DNA from: Podarcis bocagei
Taxonomy: Eukaryota
Assembly (NCBI GenBank): GCA_964188305.1
Contig: OZ076885.1
DNA: 64,000 nucleotides
Direction: 5' to 3' (one strand)
Shown: one piece after another, positions 11,418 to 24,849 of the stretch
Position numbering within the stretch: the stretch's first letter is position 1
Layout of the letters: each line of letters starts with the position of its first letter
Translations under genes and position numbers: made by a program
The notes under the pieces: generated by a model
Told to the model about the DNA's origin: nothing
Seen by the model: only the letters and a program-made list of their open reading frames with translations
Databases searched by the model: none

Positions 11418-14329
11418 AATGTTAGTACCCAAATGGCGACACTTTCATCACATCTATGTCACAGACAACATGCATTCATGAGCATAAAGAACTGGTTATC
11501 TGTAAAGGTTGGGGCTCTGACTTCTTTCCCAGCCATGTGGCAGGAGCAGTGGAGGAGAGTCAGAGCTTCTCAGTAGTGTGCTCTAACCGTGGTTTCAATG
11601 TGATATGTGGGCCAAGCCTTACCCTATCTTTGATCATCACAACCATTGACTAATTTACTTGGTATCCAGCTATGTTTCCATTTGGTCTCGCTCATGATCC
11701 AAAAGCACGTGAGGCAGCTGCATCAGCTGAAACTAAGCAGGTCTGGGTCAATTCAGTGTCTAGATGGAAGGCTGCCCAGGAACCCGATGTGCACTGCCTT
11801 GCATGCCTTGAGGAAAGGCAGGATACAAAGAATGTTAAATAAGCACCATCTTGGATGTTTGGTGTATTTAATTTCCAAATACTGCTTTCTGATATGAAAG
11901 TGCTGTCCCTTAGTCATTGGTGTCTTAGGCTAGTTAGGATTTCTGGGTGGTAAGAGGAAGGTGATGCTCGTTTTTCCTTTTTTGCTATGCTTGAGGTCTC
12001 ACTTTCAGCACTGAGGAAAGTTCTGGGTCTAAGCACTGGTGAGGTATGTTTGAAATCAGTCTTTGGCTCTTTTTGCAGGGACTAAGTGTTCAAACAGTCA
12101 CCCTCCTGGCAAGTTGCATGCTTCTCCTTTCTTTCTAACTTCTCTTTTTGGACTCGTGGTGTGTAAACAGAGAAGTGGAAGGCTGCAATCCTCTGCCTCT
12201 TACTGTGTCATCTTGAAATGGTGCAAGAAGCCACATTCTCAGCTGTGTTTTAACTTAAGCGAATATTCCATTTATACCACAGCTGACACACAGCTCTTGT
12301 AAAAAGTGCCGCCCTCATCCTAGCGTGATTCTTGCTGAATTTTGGGTAGGACTCTAGCCTGTTTGTTTCCATATTGCTTTAACGAAGGAATGGATTGTAC
12401 CAGCTTCAACTTTCAGCAGTGTATTTCCCACAAAGTACGTATTAAATGTCGTGGAGTTTAAATGGAATATTCTTTTGGGATGTTCTGTTATACAGCATGA
12501 GTTCCTGCTTGCTTTTGTCTTTTTATTATCTTGGAACAGGATGGTGGGGATTTGTGACGGATTGTAAATTCCACTTACCAGGTGAATACTCTCTGTGGGT
12601 GAATACCTTGGTCTTACACCAACTATGCAATTCAAGCTAGCTAATATTCCTCAACCCTGTCACCATTTCCAAGTTTCCAGTAAGCATAAATATGCCTGTG
12701 CTGCTGTTTTTTGTTACAAATTCATTTCATGCTTAGATTTCAGGAAGATTAAACAGCACTTCAGTGTGAAAACTGAACACAATGTGTTAACTTCGTGCAA
12801 TGTGGTTTTTGTGTTGCGGTTTAGACATTAATATGACTTTAAAGACAAAGCAAACTTAATATATGACATTGTTTTAACAGTTTCTGCAGGGTTTGCATTT
12901 TTGGATCCTTGAATTTGGGTCTTCCTTTTTTTTCTTAAGAAAGGAAAAGATTTGGAGGGGGTGTTTCTTGCAACTTACTTTGATCAGTAGTAAATGACAG
13001 ATTTATAGCAGTCAGAATAAAACAAAGACGTTGCATCATGTACTGCCAAATTTTGTTATGCTTATTTATAAATGTACTAAACAATATAGATTATACTCTG
13101 TCTGGCTGTCTCTGCTACTGTCTTTTTACAGATCCTCCTGAAACCCTTGTAGCCAAAATTAGCTCTGCACATGACATGTATTATCTTTTCACTTCAAAAC
13201 CAATAACGCAATCTGTACTTTTACTTCTTACAACTCTGTATTTATTCAAGTTGCCTTCCAATTGCATCATACCGCTGGAATACTCTGTAATTTCCCCAGA
13301 ACAAAGTGGGTCATATTCCACTAATGAACTGCTCAACATAAGCATCTGCTTGAAGATGGAAATAATGACTTCCACATGTTAGCAACTGCACTGTGGCATT
13401 TTATTCAAGCTGTGCTTCAGATAATTTTTAGTTCAGTAGACTTTCTGGACCACAAGTCTCATCTGGCTAAAATTAAAGCAGCACCACTGAAGTATAACAT
13501 CGGCGTTTGCTTTTCTAAAAACTAAAAATTAGGGAAGTTGCAAGGGTGCCATGCATTGTCACTTTAAGTAAAGGTTGTATGTAAGTCCTATTCACACATT
13601 TCTGTGTTATATTCCACAGATGTGTTCACCAACTATTTTGCATCTCTTACTTTTGTGCTAGTTCGACATGTCTTTCTAACGCTCTGGATGGTGATCTCTG
13701 CTTGCTTCCTTTTATAACTGCTAGCCAGATCCAAAGTTTGTCTTTACTGTTTGTGGCATAACACCGAAATCCATCTGTGTTGAATTCAAGATTAGAGCTC
13801 TTGCTTTCTAGCTGACCCTATTTGCATTTTAATGCCGGCTTCAGAAATACTTGAATTGGGACAAGACTCTCAACAGTTAGCTCCAGATCCTGTTTTCAGT
13901 GCCAAGACTTAGTCCTGGATAATGTGAAATAGCAGTTAGGGGAGAGTAGCTTTCAGCTTGTGCACTGTATCACTACACCACACAAGCAGTATTTATAAAT
14001 TGGGGATTAAGAGGGGAGGTATTTTGGCGGTGAGAGTTTAAAACAGGATTGGACAAATTCATGGACCAGATGCCTCTTTAGCCATCAGCTGCCATGGCTA
14101 TATGGAATCTTCTCCTTCACTAATATAGCACTGCTCTATACATATCCACAAGCTACTTTTCTGTGTTCAGGAACTGCGTGCTTCTGGAATACTAATGACT
14201 TGGAGAATTTTGTTCAAGAGTGCCGGGTAAATTGTTTCTCACTACAAGCCTGGAGACTTTCTGTCCAATAGAGCTGCTCCAGAAACCCAAGAACGCCAAT
14301 GTTGGAGATGGCAACAGGGGGTAGCACTT

Positions 14330-14492
14330 TTTTCCCTTGGCACATAGTTAAATTATGAAAGTCGTTCCCAGAGGAGGCAATGATGGCCACCAACTTGGAT
14401 GGCTTTAGGGGAGGATTGAATGAATTCATGAAAGATAAGGCTATCCATTACAACTTGCTGTGATGGCTATGATCTGCCTCCACAGTCAGAGG
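14330..14492 (+). mobile_element. CR1 LINE 3' fragment
   Basis: gatggccaccaacttggatggcttt...ggattg..tgaattcatg..agataaggctatc resembles the amniote CR1 ORF2 end; a second similar fragment lies near 14030-14110. Confidence 0.7.
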
Positions 14493-16075
14493 ACATCCTG
14501 CCCCACTGAAGGGGGTTTGGTATGCTAGGAACCTGAGGCACATAAAGCATTAGAGATGACAAAGTTCTGTTTCAGTTTTATAGGGAGCACTCCCAAGCTG
14601 TCGAGGGCAGCCTAACCACCACTTAAAGCAACAAGAGTTCTTATTTTGTGTGGGAGAAAACCCTCAGCCACCTCATCTTCAAAGTTGAGGCCATGCCACC
14701 CTTTGCAAGTTCTGTGATCTCCTCCTCTCCCAAGTTTAATCCAGTATTCTAGGTTGGTGGGTTTGCCCCACCCTGCTCCAAAACACAAAACAAAAAAAGA
14801 TTTTAAAAGTCTGGACCAAACACTACTCTGTATATGCCTGCAAACTACTTTCCTGTGTTTGGGAAATAAACTCTTCTGGAACACACATTTAGCACAAGCC
14901 CAATGCACATTCCAATGCAAGCCTGACTTGGTTGTGCCAGATGACTTTCTGTCCAGTAGAGCTGGCCCAGGAACGAGCAAATTTACCGAAATACATAGGA
15001 GCACAGCCGACAAATTAGTCTTAAGAGTTATATTGGGCAGCACTGAACTGGAAAACTGCATGAGCAGAACAACTTGAGCAAGGGGACTTCCTGCCTGCCT
15101 CCTTTATGCATGTCCCGCATCACTCCAAAATCTGCTCTGGAGTATTGGGGAAAACCCCAGAACAGATTTAGGGGGTGTGCTGGGGGAGAAGTAATTCTGC
15201 TTGCACAAAGCGCTACAGCCTATTATCTGTAGGAATCATGTTGTGATATGTCATTTGAATCCATCCCGCAGCATGATGTTTCAAAAACAAAATTAAAAGC
15301 AAGGTCTGATATGTAGGATTCCATACATATCCTGCCTCTGAAATATGTCTGATATGACCATATGCAGATCTGCAGGAAGGTGAGACTGCTTAACCCTTCA
15401 GCCTTATCCATTTTGCCACTTAAAAATCTTCCCTCCAAAATCTCTTTTCACAACCACAAGTAGGAAACAATATGAATACAAGTAGGTCTTCTCCTGCACG
15501 TGGAAAAGCGGGGACAGGTGGTGAGGCTTAAGCAGAGGAAAAGGGTTAAGCACCTCTCCTTCTGACGCTTTCTCCATATTTCAGCCTCCCATGACAACTT
15601 CAGGTTTTTAAAAATAAAGCAGGGAATACATATACACAATTGTGTGTAACATGTATATGAAACAATACGCTAACGTTTAAGAAGCAGAGCTGCAAAATTC
15701 ATTGCTAAGCTTTCAAAACACACTCAGTACTAACAATTGCTGTGTAATGAATTTGTTCCACTGCCTCAGCAAAAGACCCCTGTTCGGTATTCTCAAGTAA
15801 ACTTGAAAATCCCTTGCCTTGTGGTGTCTTTATTTTGTCCCAGGTCTAAAAACAATTATGAAGGGTTGCTTTCCTTAATGGTAGTGAACACTTGGGTAAA
15901 ATGTTTCCATAAACAAAAACATTTTAAAAATGCCTGTGTGGCTCTTAATGTAATATTTATATTCAGTTAAGTGTTGCCTGTAAATTGTTCGATTTGGAGA
16001 AGGAAGTACTTTTTCTGTCAGCCATGGAATTGAGTGAATAAAAAATATCACAGACACACACTCCTATTTTTGCAG

Positions 16076-16207
16076 GAGCTGCTAAGTCGAACATTGCTGG
16101 AAACTCAGAAATTGGACCTAATGGCAGAAGTTTCAGATCTGAAGATTAAGCTGGTTGGGATGGAGAAGGAACAAAGCGAATATGAAGAGAAGCAGAACAA
16201 AGCTGAG
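16076..16207 (+). CDS. PPFIBP2: PPFIBP2 exon, ELLSRTLLETQKLDLMAEVSDLKIKLVGMEKEQSEYEEKQNKAE (0/0)
   Basis: tgcag|GAG...GAG|gtgagc, 132 nt. Confidence 0.96.
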
Positions 16208-16799
16208 GTGAGCCTTGCTTGGTTGCCATTTGAATTCATGACACTGAGAACAGACCTACATGCTCCATCTCCTAAGTAGATATTTAAAATCTGGCCACGA
16301 GGGTCTAGTTTCCAGCCATGACATGGTGCATGGGAGGGTAATGCTGTGCACTTCCTGCACCCTTTGCTAGTCTCTACCAACTATTTCCAAGTTGCTTTTC
16401 ACGCAGCACAGATCCCAAGCTCGTCTCTGCAAGCTTTACTGCTCTGGTAATTTTGCTTTCTGGTCAGTCTTTGCCAAGGCTGGCGAAGTGAACTGCCATC
16501 TCTGTTGAACAATCCAGTTATTCCTGATGCAGAAAATTACCCATCCTCCATGGAGGCTGGTGTCTCTGATGAGTCACTGCTCTGGGTAACCTTGTTCCAG
16601 TGAGGCGACATGCACATAATAGCACCTTACAGATAAACACGAAGTGGTCTCCAGTGAGAAAGTTCATTCCACTCTAGACATCTTTGGATGCAAGAGTGGA
16701 CTCCCTAATTTTACCTCTGAAAAAAAGTGTGCCACAGGTGCTAGAAGTCTGGTGAATACTCTGGTTAAGCAGTTTTTCCAAATATGACTGGGAGCAAAC

Positions 16800-16802
16800 A
16801 AA

Positions 16803-16833
<31 letters not shown>

Positions 16834-16839
16834 CACGCG

Positions 16840-16871
<32 letters not shown>

Positions 16872-16873
16872 TT
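16800..16873. repeat. Palindromic compound microsatellite (GT)n(GC)n(AC)n
   Basis: aaag(tg)n-cgcgcgcacgcgcgcgcgc-(ac)n-ttt, a near-perfect inverted repeat of alternating purine/pyrimidine. Confidence 0.95.
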
Positions 16874-17016
16874 ACCATGTACCTCATTTACCATATTGTT
16901 GTGACCACTCAAACTCACTCTTCTTATCACATAGGTGCTGTCATTTGTTTGTTTGTTTGTTTCGACTTCATTCCATGTTTCCTTCGGTCTTAATTTTCTC
17001 TCTTCCTCTTGTGTAG

Positions 17017-17199
17017 TCAGTAGTGAACCTGATCAGTGAACTACAAGAGCAAATGTGTAGACTGCAGCTGGACATTAATAGTAAAATCCAGGAAAGAAAA
17101 TCCCACAGTAGGAAGCCAAATATGGCAGCAGTCGGTCCTCAAGATAGCATTGACTCGGTGACAGAGGTCCCTGTTTGGAAGAATTGCACTCAGTGTGAT
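17017..17199 (+). CDS. PPFIBP2: PPFIBP2 candidate cassette exon, SVVNLISELQEQMCRLQLDINSKIQERKSH...WKNCTQCD (0/0)
   Basis: Strong pyrimidine tract, gtgtag|TCA...GAT|gtatga, 183 nt, open in the correct frame, heptad-like N-terminal half; absent from the recalled human canonical protein. Confidence 0.75.
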
Positions 17200-19840
17200 G
17201 TATGAGAAGTAAATTTTGGCCTGAATTTGTGCATTGCCCCCTTTCAGAGACCAAACTAAACTACTAACTGGAGCTTGCTGTGACCAATTGGCATTAGTTT
17301 GCGTAGCTTTCACTAGACAGAGTGCTGTGTTTAAGAAACCAACAGGAAATTTTTGTTTGTCTTGGCCCAGCATGCTTTAATCCAGACCAAGTAAACATGT
17401 GCTTTATCTCCCAGTTGTAAATCAGTTTTGTCTCCTGTTTGGAATGATTTTCTCAGGAGTTGCTCCATGTGAAATTGGGAGGGCTGCTTAAATTGTGCTG
17501 CAGCTAAGTTGGCCTAACTTACAAGATACTTATCATGGTGTTCAACAGTCTTTTGTATCTATTATGGGATGCTTTGGTAATGGTCTGGTTGAATAAATGC
17601 AGGTAGGCATCTTGATTGTGGGTTACATGGTTATTCTTTGTTGTTCTTTGTCTCTCACATATGACATACATGGAAGGTTTGCTAATGCCCAGAAAAAAGG
17701 ATACACTTTCAGTATAGGAGGGGGGGGGGAGAGTCAAATTGAGTATGTACTGATTTACATGTGATTATTGCTAAACTGAGGATCATGAAAAGACATGTAA
17801 GGATAGACCCAGGGACCTCTCAGGGAGAGAGGGGTAGTCTAGGTCTCTTCATTTCAAGAAGTTAGCACTGTTGCCTCATGAAATCATCATCATCATAAAT
17901 TTATATGCAGCCATTTTGGGTGGCTATAAGGGGAAAGAATTCAGAAAGTGTTCCACATAACTGCTCAGTATAGTAAACCTGATTTTCTACAGCACCCAAG
18001 GGCAATAAAGGATTCTTATGTTTAGCAATTAGTGGTGTTTTTTTAATTGGAATAAGTTATTTAATATATTTAATAGACAACTTGCATTTAGAACTTCCCT
18101 GTTTTATATTAACACCCTATTAAAAACAAACAAACCACCCCCTTCCCTCAAGGCCATGTATATTTTTGGCTGCAGGCTTTCATTTAGGAAAATGAGCTTT
18201 GGAGTGTCTTAAAATCATAGGCATATGATTTTTGCTTATTGTGTGCATTCTAAGAGGATCAAATGAAGGGGGAGAGGCATGGTGAATGCTCTGTCGTGTG
18301 TTTCTTTGTTTAAACCCCATAAATTTTGATTGCTTATCCTGCATAACAAGCACTTCAGTGAAGGCTTTCTGGAATTTATAGAACAAACCTTTGCTGTGTT
18401 TGATCAGAAACCACTTCACATGTCAGGCTGAAAGCTACTTTGGTTAAGCTGATGAAGTTGAACAGAAGAGGAATGACAGTGGTATGCCTAACATAAGCTC
18501 GTTTAAAGACTTACTAGCAGCTTGGTTTGTTCATGTTGCCGTGTTGTCTTCTGAATTTTGTAGAATCACATTTTGGAGATACAGTAATACGTTTTTAATC
18601 AGTTCATGTTTGATTTTTTTAAAAAAAGAAGATTGTGGTGGCTTTCTCTACTGTGCCATTACCTTCCTTTAAGTGTGTTCCAGATATTGGTTGCCCAACA
18701 ATGACAGCAGAACACATCCTATGTTGTGAACCACCATGTAATCTTTGAATGAAGGGTGGTATACAGATTTAATAAATAATAATAGCCAGTCTGGAAGAGA
18801 GAGACCCAAATTATTTCATCTGCAAGCACATATAAACACAAAAGAACATGGTGTGATTGTGGTTCCTGAGAAAAGTGCTGTTAAGAAAATAGTTCTGAAC
18901 AGTTCGAGCAGTCGGAAATCTAGTTTCTGAACTGCATTGAACTCCTATTCAGAAAGGGAAGGATATAAAAATCACTTGTGTGGTTCATCCATTAACTAGC
19001 AGAGTCAGCTGCTCTGGAGAATTTTTTGTGTGTACCACTCACTGATTCGAACTTGTATGCCAGATTTAAAGCAGTTCCTCAGATGACATAAAAATTGTCA
19101 GTGGTGTCTCAGAGACAGAGCATTGAAATGAGACAGTTAAAAAAAGAGAGTTAAAAAAAAGCAGCAGCAAAGCATGAAGCTTTTGATTTTATTCAAAGGC
19201 ACCAACTTGCACCAAAGATGAAGGGGGCCTGGCGTTGCATGCATGTAACATCATGTTCATGACGTCACATTGTCGGGAGGAGGCTGAGTGTGCAGCACAG
19301 CTTCAATGGCTGGCGGCGCCTCCTCTCTCGTGCTCAGCCTCCTTCCATGGCAGGAGAAGATGCTGGCCAATGAAGCTTAGCTTCCTCCATCCCCTCAGCA
19401 TTGGGGAGGAGACTCCCAAAGGATATAGGGGGCCCAAAACAGCTCAACCCCCATAAGCTAGTGTCCCTGACTCTCTTTATCACATAGGCAAATCTGATTG
19501 GCTATGTGGTTCTTTGGCATCATGCTGGCTACATGTTCTGCAGTTGATGCTGATGAAACAAGCCTTCAAAACATTGGTTTGCAAAGCCAGTTAAAACCAT
19601 GGCTTCAAATCACTGTGATTAGTTAGACTCTTCAAGATTGTTCTTTCCTTGACAGCTGTCTGGGGTTATTAGTAAAAGAGAGTTCATTTTAACAGACTAC
19701 CAATTCAAGACTACTCTCTATCAGCAGTCAGGCCTGGGGTAATTTTATTTTATTGAGATGGGTGCAGTCACTTGACAATTTCACCCACGAGTCCGGTCTC
19801 ACGAGGAAATGTGTTTTCTCTCTCCCCTCCCCCTCTGCAG

Positions 19841-19933
19841 AACTTATTACAGGAACTAAAACACCTAAAAATTAAGGTTGAAGAGCTGGAAAATGAAAGA
19901 ACGCAGTATGAATGGAAACTAAAAGCAACCAAA
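19841..19933 (+). CDS. PPFIBP2: PPFIBP2 exon, NLLQELKHLKIKVEELENERTQYEWKLKATK (0/0)
   Basis: tgcag|AAC...AAA|gtaagc, 93 nt. Confidence 0.96.
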
Positions 19934-20321
19934 GTAAGCCACACAACCATTTCACGTGTTATGCAGAAACAACCCAAGTTTGTAATGCAGTGTAAACTCA
20001 AAAGAGGCCTGTAATTCCTTTAAAATGTCATGTGGTCCTAGACAAGTTTTCTCACCTCCCCAAAGGGAATATACTTACATCCATCCTTTTGCTATGTTTC
20101 TGCGTTGGCTGGCAATAAAAGTTGTGAGTGTCAAGGAGCAAAGGGCAAGAGAAGATTTGGGTGCAGTGTGCAAAAAATAATAACAGCATAAAAATGCTTT
20201 GTCTGAAGTTTTTGTGTTTCTAACATGCATTAGAGAAAATAATCTATAGTGGTTCTTTGTAATTTAATTTTTTGGATGAGATAGAGATGAAAAGAAAGCT
20301 AATGTTAATCTGTTCTTTCAG

Positions 20322-20430
20322 GCTGAAATTGCACAGCTTCAGGAACAGTTAGCTCTAAAAGACTCGGAGATTGAACGATTACAGAGTCAAATCTCGAGGA
20401 CATCGGGAAATAATGAAATTGCAGAAAGAG
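20322..20430 (+). CDS. PPFIBP2: PPFIBP2 exon, AEIAQLQEQLALKDSEIERLQSQISRTSGNNEIAER (0/1)
   Basis: ttcag|GCT...AGAG|gtaatg, 109 nt. Confidence 0.95.
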
Positions 20431-21764
20431 GTAATGATGGGGGAATAGCAAAGTTGCTATCAAAATGTTTTGTCTTCAGTTCTGCTACTGTTATCCATTC
20501 TCAAATGGAGAATGGGGTATAGCTTATTACATTTAGGGGAAATATTTTCCAGGAAGTGTAGGTGCCAAAGAGATTGTTTTGTAATCCTCTGTTTGTGGCC
20601 TATTTTTTTCTCACTTATCCAAAATGTGATTGCTCTTTTTATTAAAGTTTCTTTTAAAGCATTCCTAAATTGACACAGCAGTTTTATCCCTGTATCCTAA
20701 TCTTACTATTATCTGTTATATAGTACATTTAAGCATACAGCGCTGTATACTATAAGTACTTTAATCCACATAACCCATTTTACTGGAGGAGTGACAAGCT
20801 TTTTAGCCTAGGTCACCCAGGTAGAAGTCCAAGAGTGGCTCTAATGTCAAACATATGGAGTCTGTTTTCTTTTTTTAATAATAAAAAACAGAGAATAAAT
20901 CTTACCTTTCTCTTTTTACTGTTCCCCTTCCCCTTGCTATTCTATCGATGTCAGGACTTCATAGGGAAATTCTATGCAGTGCTATGAATTTCAGCTCTGA
21001 AGGGATTGCTTTCAATAAATGGTTAATATGTAGCAGGGTATACTGGTCAAATATGAACAGCTATTTGCAATGTGCAGCATTTATTAAGGCTATCTCTTAC
21101 CAAAGTGATGACTGAGCTTTGACAATCCAGTATGATAATCCTTCAGCCTACCATTTCATGTATGAATGGCTGGCTCTCTCTAGTCGAAATCAATCCATTT
21201 GTTACTTTGAGAAAGGTAAATAACTCTTTTTAGGTGAGATCCGTTCCATGATGTATTGACACACATTAGATATTATGTTGTTTGTTTATATAGCCTTGAG
21301 CTTTGGTATTGGTTTCCATTGTTTGTAGTGTCTATGCATGTTTGGTATAATAGGGTTTGCATGTGTTACTATTTCTCTAACAGTAACTGGGGAATGTTAG
21401 CAAGCTTGTTTCCTGCTGAAGTCCATTGATTCCAAAAGGAGGAAGGTTCAAATATTTGAGATGCCTTGGGTTGCCATTCTAAATCCTCAGTAGTATTTAT
21501 AAGCCCCATTAAACCTGATAGTGTTGAGTGATCATACATTCGAAGATGCTTACTCTTAATGAGCCAAAAATGGAGTTTGTTGCATTTCTTAACAACAAAG
21601 CTTTGTCACCCTCCTTGTCAGCGTTTGAACACTGATAGAGATCAGCGGTCATCTCAAATTGTATCTTTTATTTCTGAATGCCTTACTCTGATGAAATTGC
21701 ATACAGTCTCTAATCTGTGTTCTTTCTGCATACCTTATTTGACTCTCTTCATTTCCCACCGTAG

Positions 21765-21797
21765 AGGAAGTGTATAGGCGAAGGCTAAAAGAAAAAC
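21765..21797 (+). CDS. PPFIBP2: PPFIBP2 33-nt microexon, (E)EVYRRRLKEK(H) (1/1)
   Basis: ccgtag|AG...AAAC|gtaagc, frame-preserving; same position as the recalled PPFIBP1 segment DENFKKKLKEK. Confidence 0.8.
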
Positions 21798-24629
21798 GTA
21801 AGCCCTAAGATTTCGCTTTATTACTTTTCACACACAAATTATACCTAAAGTGCACTTCTGCAGCAATAATCATTCAATGTTGGCTCTGTAGTTGACTGCT
21901 GAATCGTAACATGCGGGGTGAATATCTCATTGCTTACAGCAGACAGAATGGCTTTAATATAGTCAGATTTGTTATCTCACACAAAATCTCCAATGTTGCG
22001 TAAGTGAACAGAAAATGGGCATTAAAGAGGCTCTGTCAAAGTTGGTGGACTCCAGAATAGACATTTGTATATTTAAACCACAAAAGATGCATTGCTCATG
22101 CACAGCTTTTACCCCCCACCCTTTTTGGAAAGGGGGGTTTTCTTCCAAACCTTCAAGACCTAGCATTTTAAATATTTCCATCTTAATTGTAAATAATACC
22201 TTCTTTTTGAAGAAGTCTTCATAAAAGTGAGAAAACCTTGACATAGCTCTTTTAAAAGTCTTTTTTCCTCCTTTAAATCTGACTGGGTGCTTGTGCCTTG
22301 CTTGTCGTTAAGTGTGGCTTTAAGAAAAGCAAAAACTGTGTCTGTCCATGCCACATCTATGTGGAAATGCCACTGCCTGCTAAAATATGATTAAAACACA
22401 TAACCCACTAATTGGATCACTCCCATCACTAGATTTGCAGTACAGCTGTGATAATTTAAACTTTATTTTTTTTAAAAAAGAACTACTGAATACTAATTCT
22501 CCCCCTCCCTGTACTAATATTTTTGCAACACTATTCTTCTTTTCCTTGTGTGTCACATTGCCATCTTTGCAAATTATTGTTTTGAAATGTCACTATTTTA
22601 AAAATGCCTAAGATTTGGGATAGTTTTGTTTAGAACACCTAGGAATGTGTGTTGCTAGGACAACTGCTGTAGTCAAATCAGTCCCTGCATTCTCAGTCAG
22701 CTGTATCTTCATCCCAAGCCAAAGACTGTTAGCTCTAAAGTTACTTCCATGTCTGCAGTGAACAAAAAACGATCTAATGAACACGTACAAAACTTCAACT
22801 TCTTCCCAGAAGTTTTTCTCTTTGGAAGGTACAACCTATTCACAAGGTATATATTCTTATTGGAGAAAGAAAGACAGTGACTCCCATACGAAGGCTTGAA
22901 AGCTGATAACCAAAACTTAAATTTTGCCTGTTGATGATAGCAGGGTATAAGGCAGTTAGAAAGTGAGCCCCTAATTAAAAAGCATCTGCTGCTGTTTGGT
23001 AAATGGCTTTAGCACGGACTAGGATTTCTTTTGCACTACTTGGTACAGGGGTGTGGAACATGAGGCCTAGAGGCCAGATGTGGTCTTCCAGGTTCCTGTA
23101 ACTGGCCCTGGAGACTCTCACTAATCCTGCCCTCCAGTGCTTTTGTGTGGCTGGAATGTATGCTTGAACTGTGATGATGCCTCCCGCTTGCCTAATTGGA
23201 GAAGTGTGTGAATGAGAGTGTGTGTGTGTGTGTGTGTAAGCCCCTGGCTTTTGAGTGACTGGAACGCATCCTGTTGTACAAAGGTGAGAGTCTCTTGCTG
23301 CCTTTTGCCCACCCTTTGCACATCTTTGGTCCAAAAAGTTCCCCTACCGCTGGTTTCCTTCGCTATACAATGAAGATAGATGAATGCAAGTAGCAACAAA
23401 ATCTGTATTCTACCAATCAATAGTTTTCAAGCCTCTGCATCCAATACCTTATGCAATTTACTATTTTTGAAAGGTCCACGGTTTTATTTTAAATAATGAG
23501 ATATGTGCAGAACACTTTGTTTTCTGTCAGAGGGTAATTACTTTGGCTTTGAAACCAGCCATCTAGCTAGTTGTAGTGCTTCTTATTTTGCTAGAAGTGT
23601 TTATAAAACAACAGTTTTTGCACTCCATAGTTTTTTTGTGTGCCTGAATATCAGCAAGTGCTTGAAGATGCTGGGCATTAAAGCATTGAATGTTTCAATC
23701 ACAAAAAATTTAAAAATGGCAATTCCGTTTAGTGGCTGTATTCGGATAGCACATTAAGCCATAACCCGTTGCGTGCCTCAACGAACAGTGAGTCATTTCC
23801 ACTGTGCCGCTTCCCTAGCACTTAAAATCATGGTTTGTTGGAAGAGAAACAAATTATGAGCACAGGTTGGAACACGACAGTAACCAAATGTTTGTTGCTC
23901 CTGCTCATGATATGGAAGGAGTGTGTCAGGAGCGATTTCAGCAGCATTCACTCGAGCACTCCTTGTTCATGATAAGCCATGGTTTAGTTGGAGGCCAAGA
24001 AGAATCCATATTTTTAGCCGTCAGGAAATTAAAACATTATGTAGTGTGTCATGTCTGTTTCCCTTGAACATGCCATACCTGAGCATCAAGTAGGGGACCT
24101 CAGGAAAGACCTAGTTTGTGATGCAGTGGGAGGGTGGAACTGGCAAAAGAAACTGGCAGCTTGCACAAATTTCAGCTCTCGCATCTCTCCATCCAGCCCA
24201 TTGTCGATCTGTGAATGTTACTGGTTTTTGTTTGTTTGTTTTGTAGGCACCCTGGAAGTGAGTGGAACTGAAGGGTGGCACATAACATTCTAAATGCATT
24301 TATTCAGGGAGGTTGTTTTTATCTCATTCCAAGAGACTTCTGCAGTGATGTAGAAAGATCTCACCTGATAAAAACGTGTCACGTAGAACCAGCAGAAAGT
24401 GCTTGTGCTTGCCCTGTGGTGACAAGAGCTACCACATCGCATAATTTAAACAGAGGCACAGAGATGTAAGGCACTGGCACAGTTTTTTGTTTTGCTTTGA
24501 GAAGATTGCCGAAAGTATTGTTACGATTGCACATCTGATATAGCATTACCATTTTGTATACTATAATGGCAGGTACCAATGTATGTGTATTTTCACCTCC
24601 TTTATTTCCTTCTGAAACATTTCTTTTAG

Positions 24630-24691
24630 ATCAAGAGGTCCAATGTTTGAAAGTAGGAATGGAATCATTATTGGCTGCAAATCAAGAAAAG
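24630..24691 (+). CDS. PPFIBP2: PPFIBP2 exon, (D/H)QEVQCLKVGMESLLAANQEK (1/0)
   Basis: tttag|AT...AAG|gtaaga, 62 nt. Confidence 0.95.
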
Positions 24692-24849
24692 GTAAGAAAA
24701 GTGCAACCGTTAAGTGTTGTTGTTGTTTGTTGTTTGTTGTATATGCCTCCTTTTCCCAGGCTAGGGCTCAAAGCAGCTTACAGATAAAAATGGGGAGGGG
24801 CAGAAAAAAAACTAAAAACTGAGAAGATCATCGTTTATAAATACATATA

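Noticed and set aside
11987-12043. Possible alternative first coding exon MLEVSLSALRKVLGLSTGE|gtatgt, in phase with the 16076 exon
   Set aside because: Only an ATG and a moderate donor support it, and it does not resemble the recalled human alternative N-terminus; could easily be chance
14612-15077. Overlapping 149-aa and 107-aa ORFs
   Set aside because: No domain signature or exon structure; intronic low-information sequence
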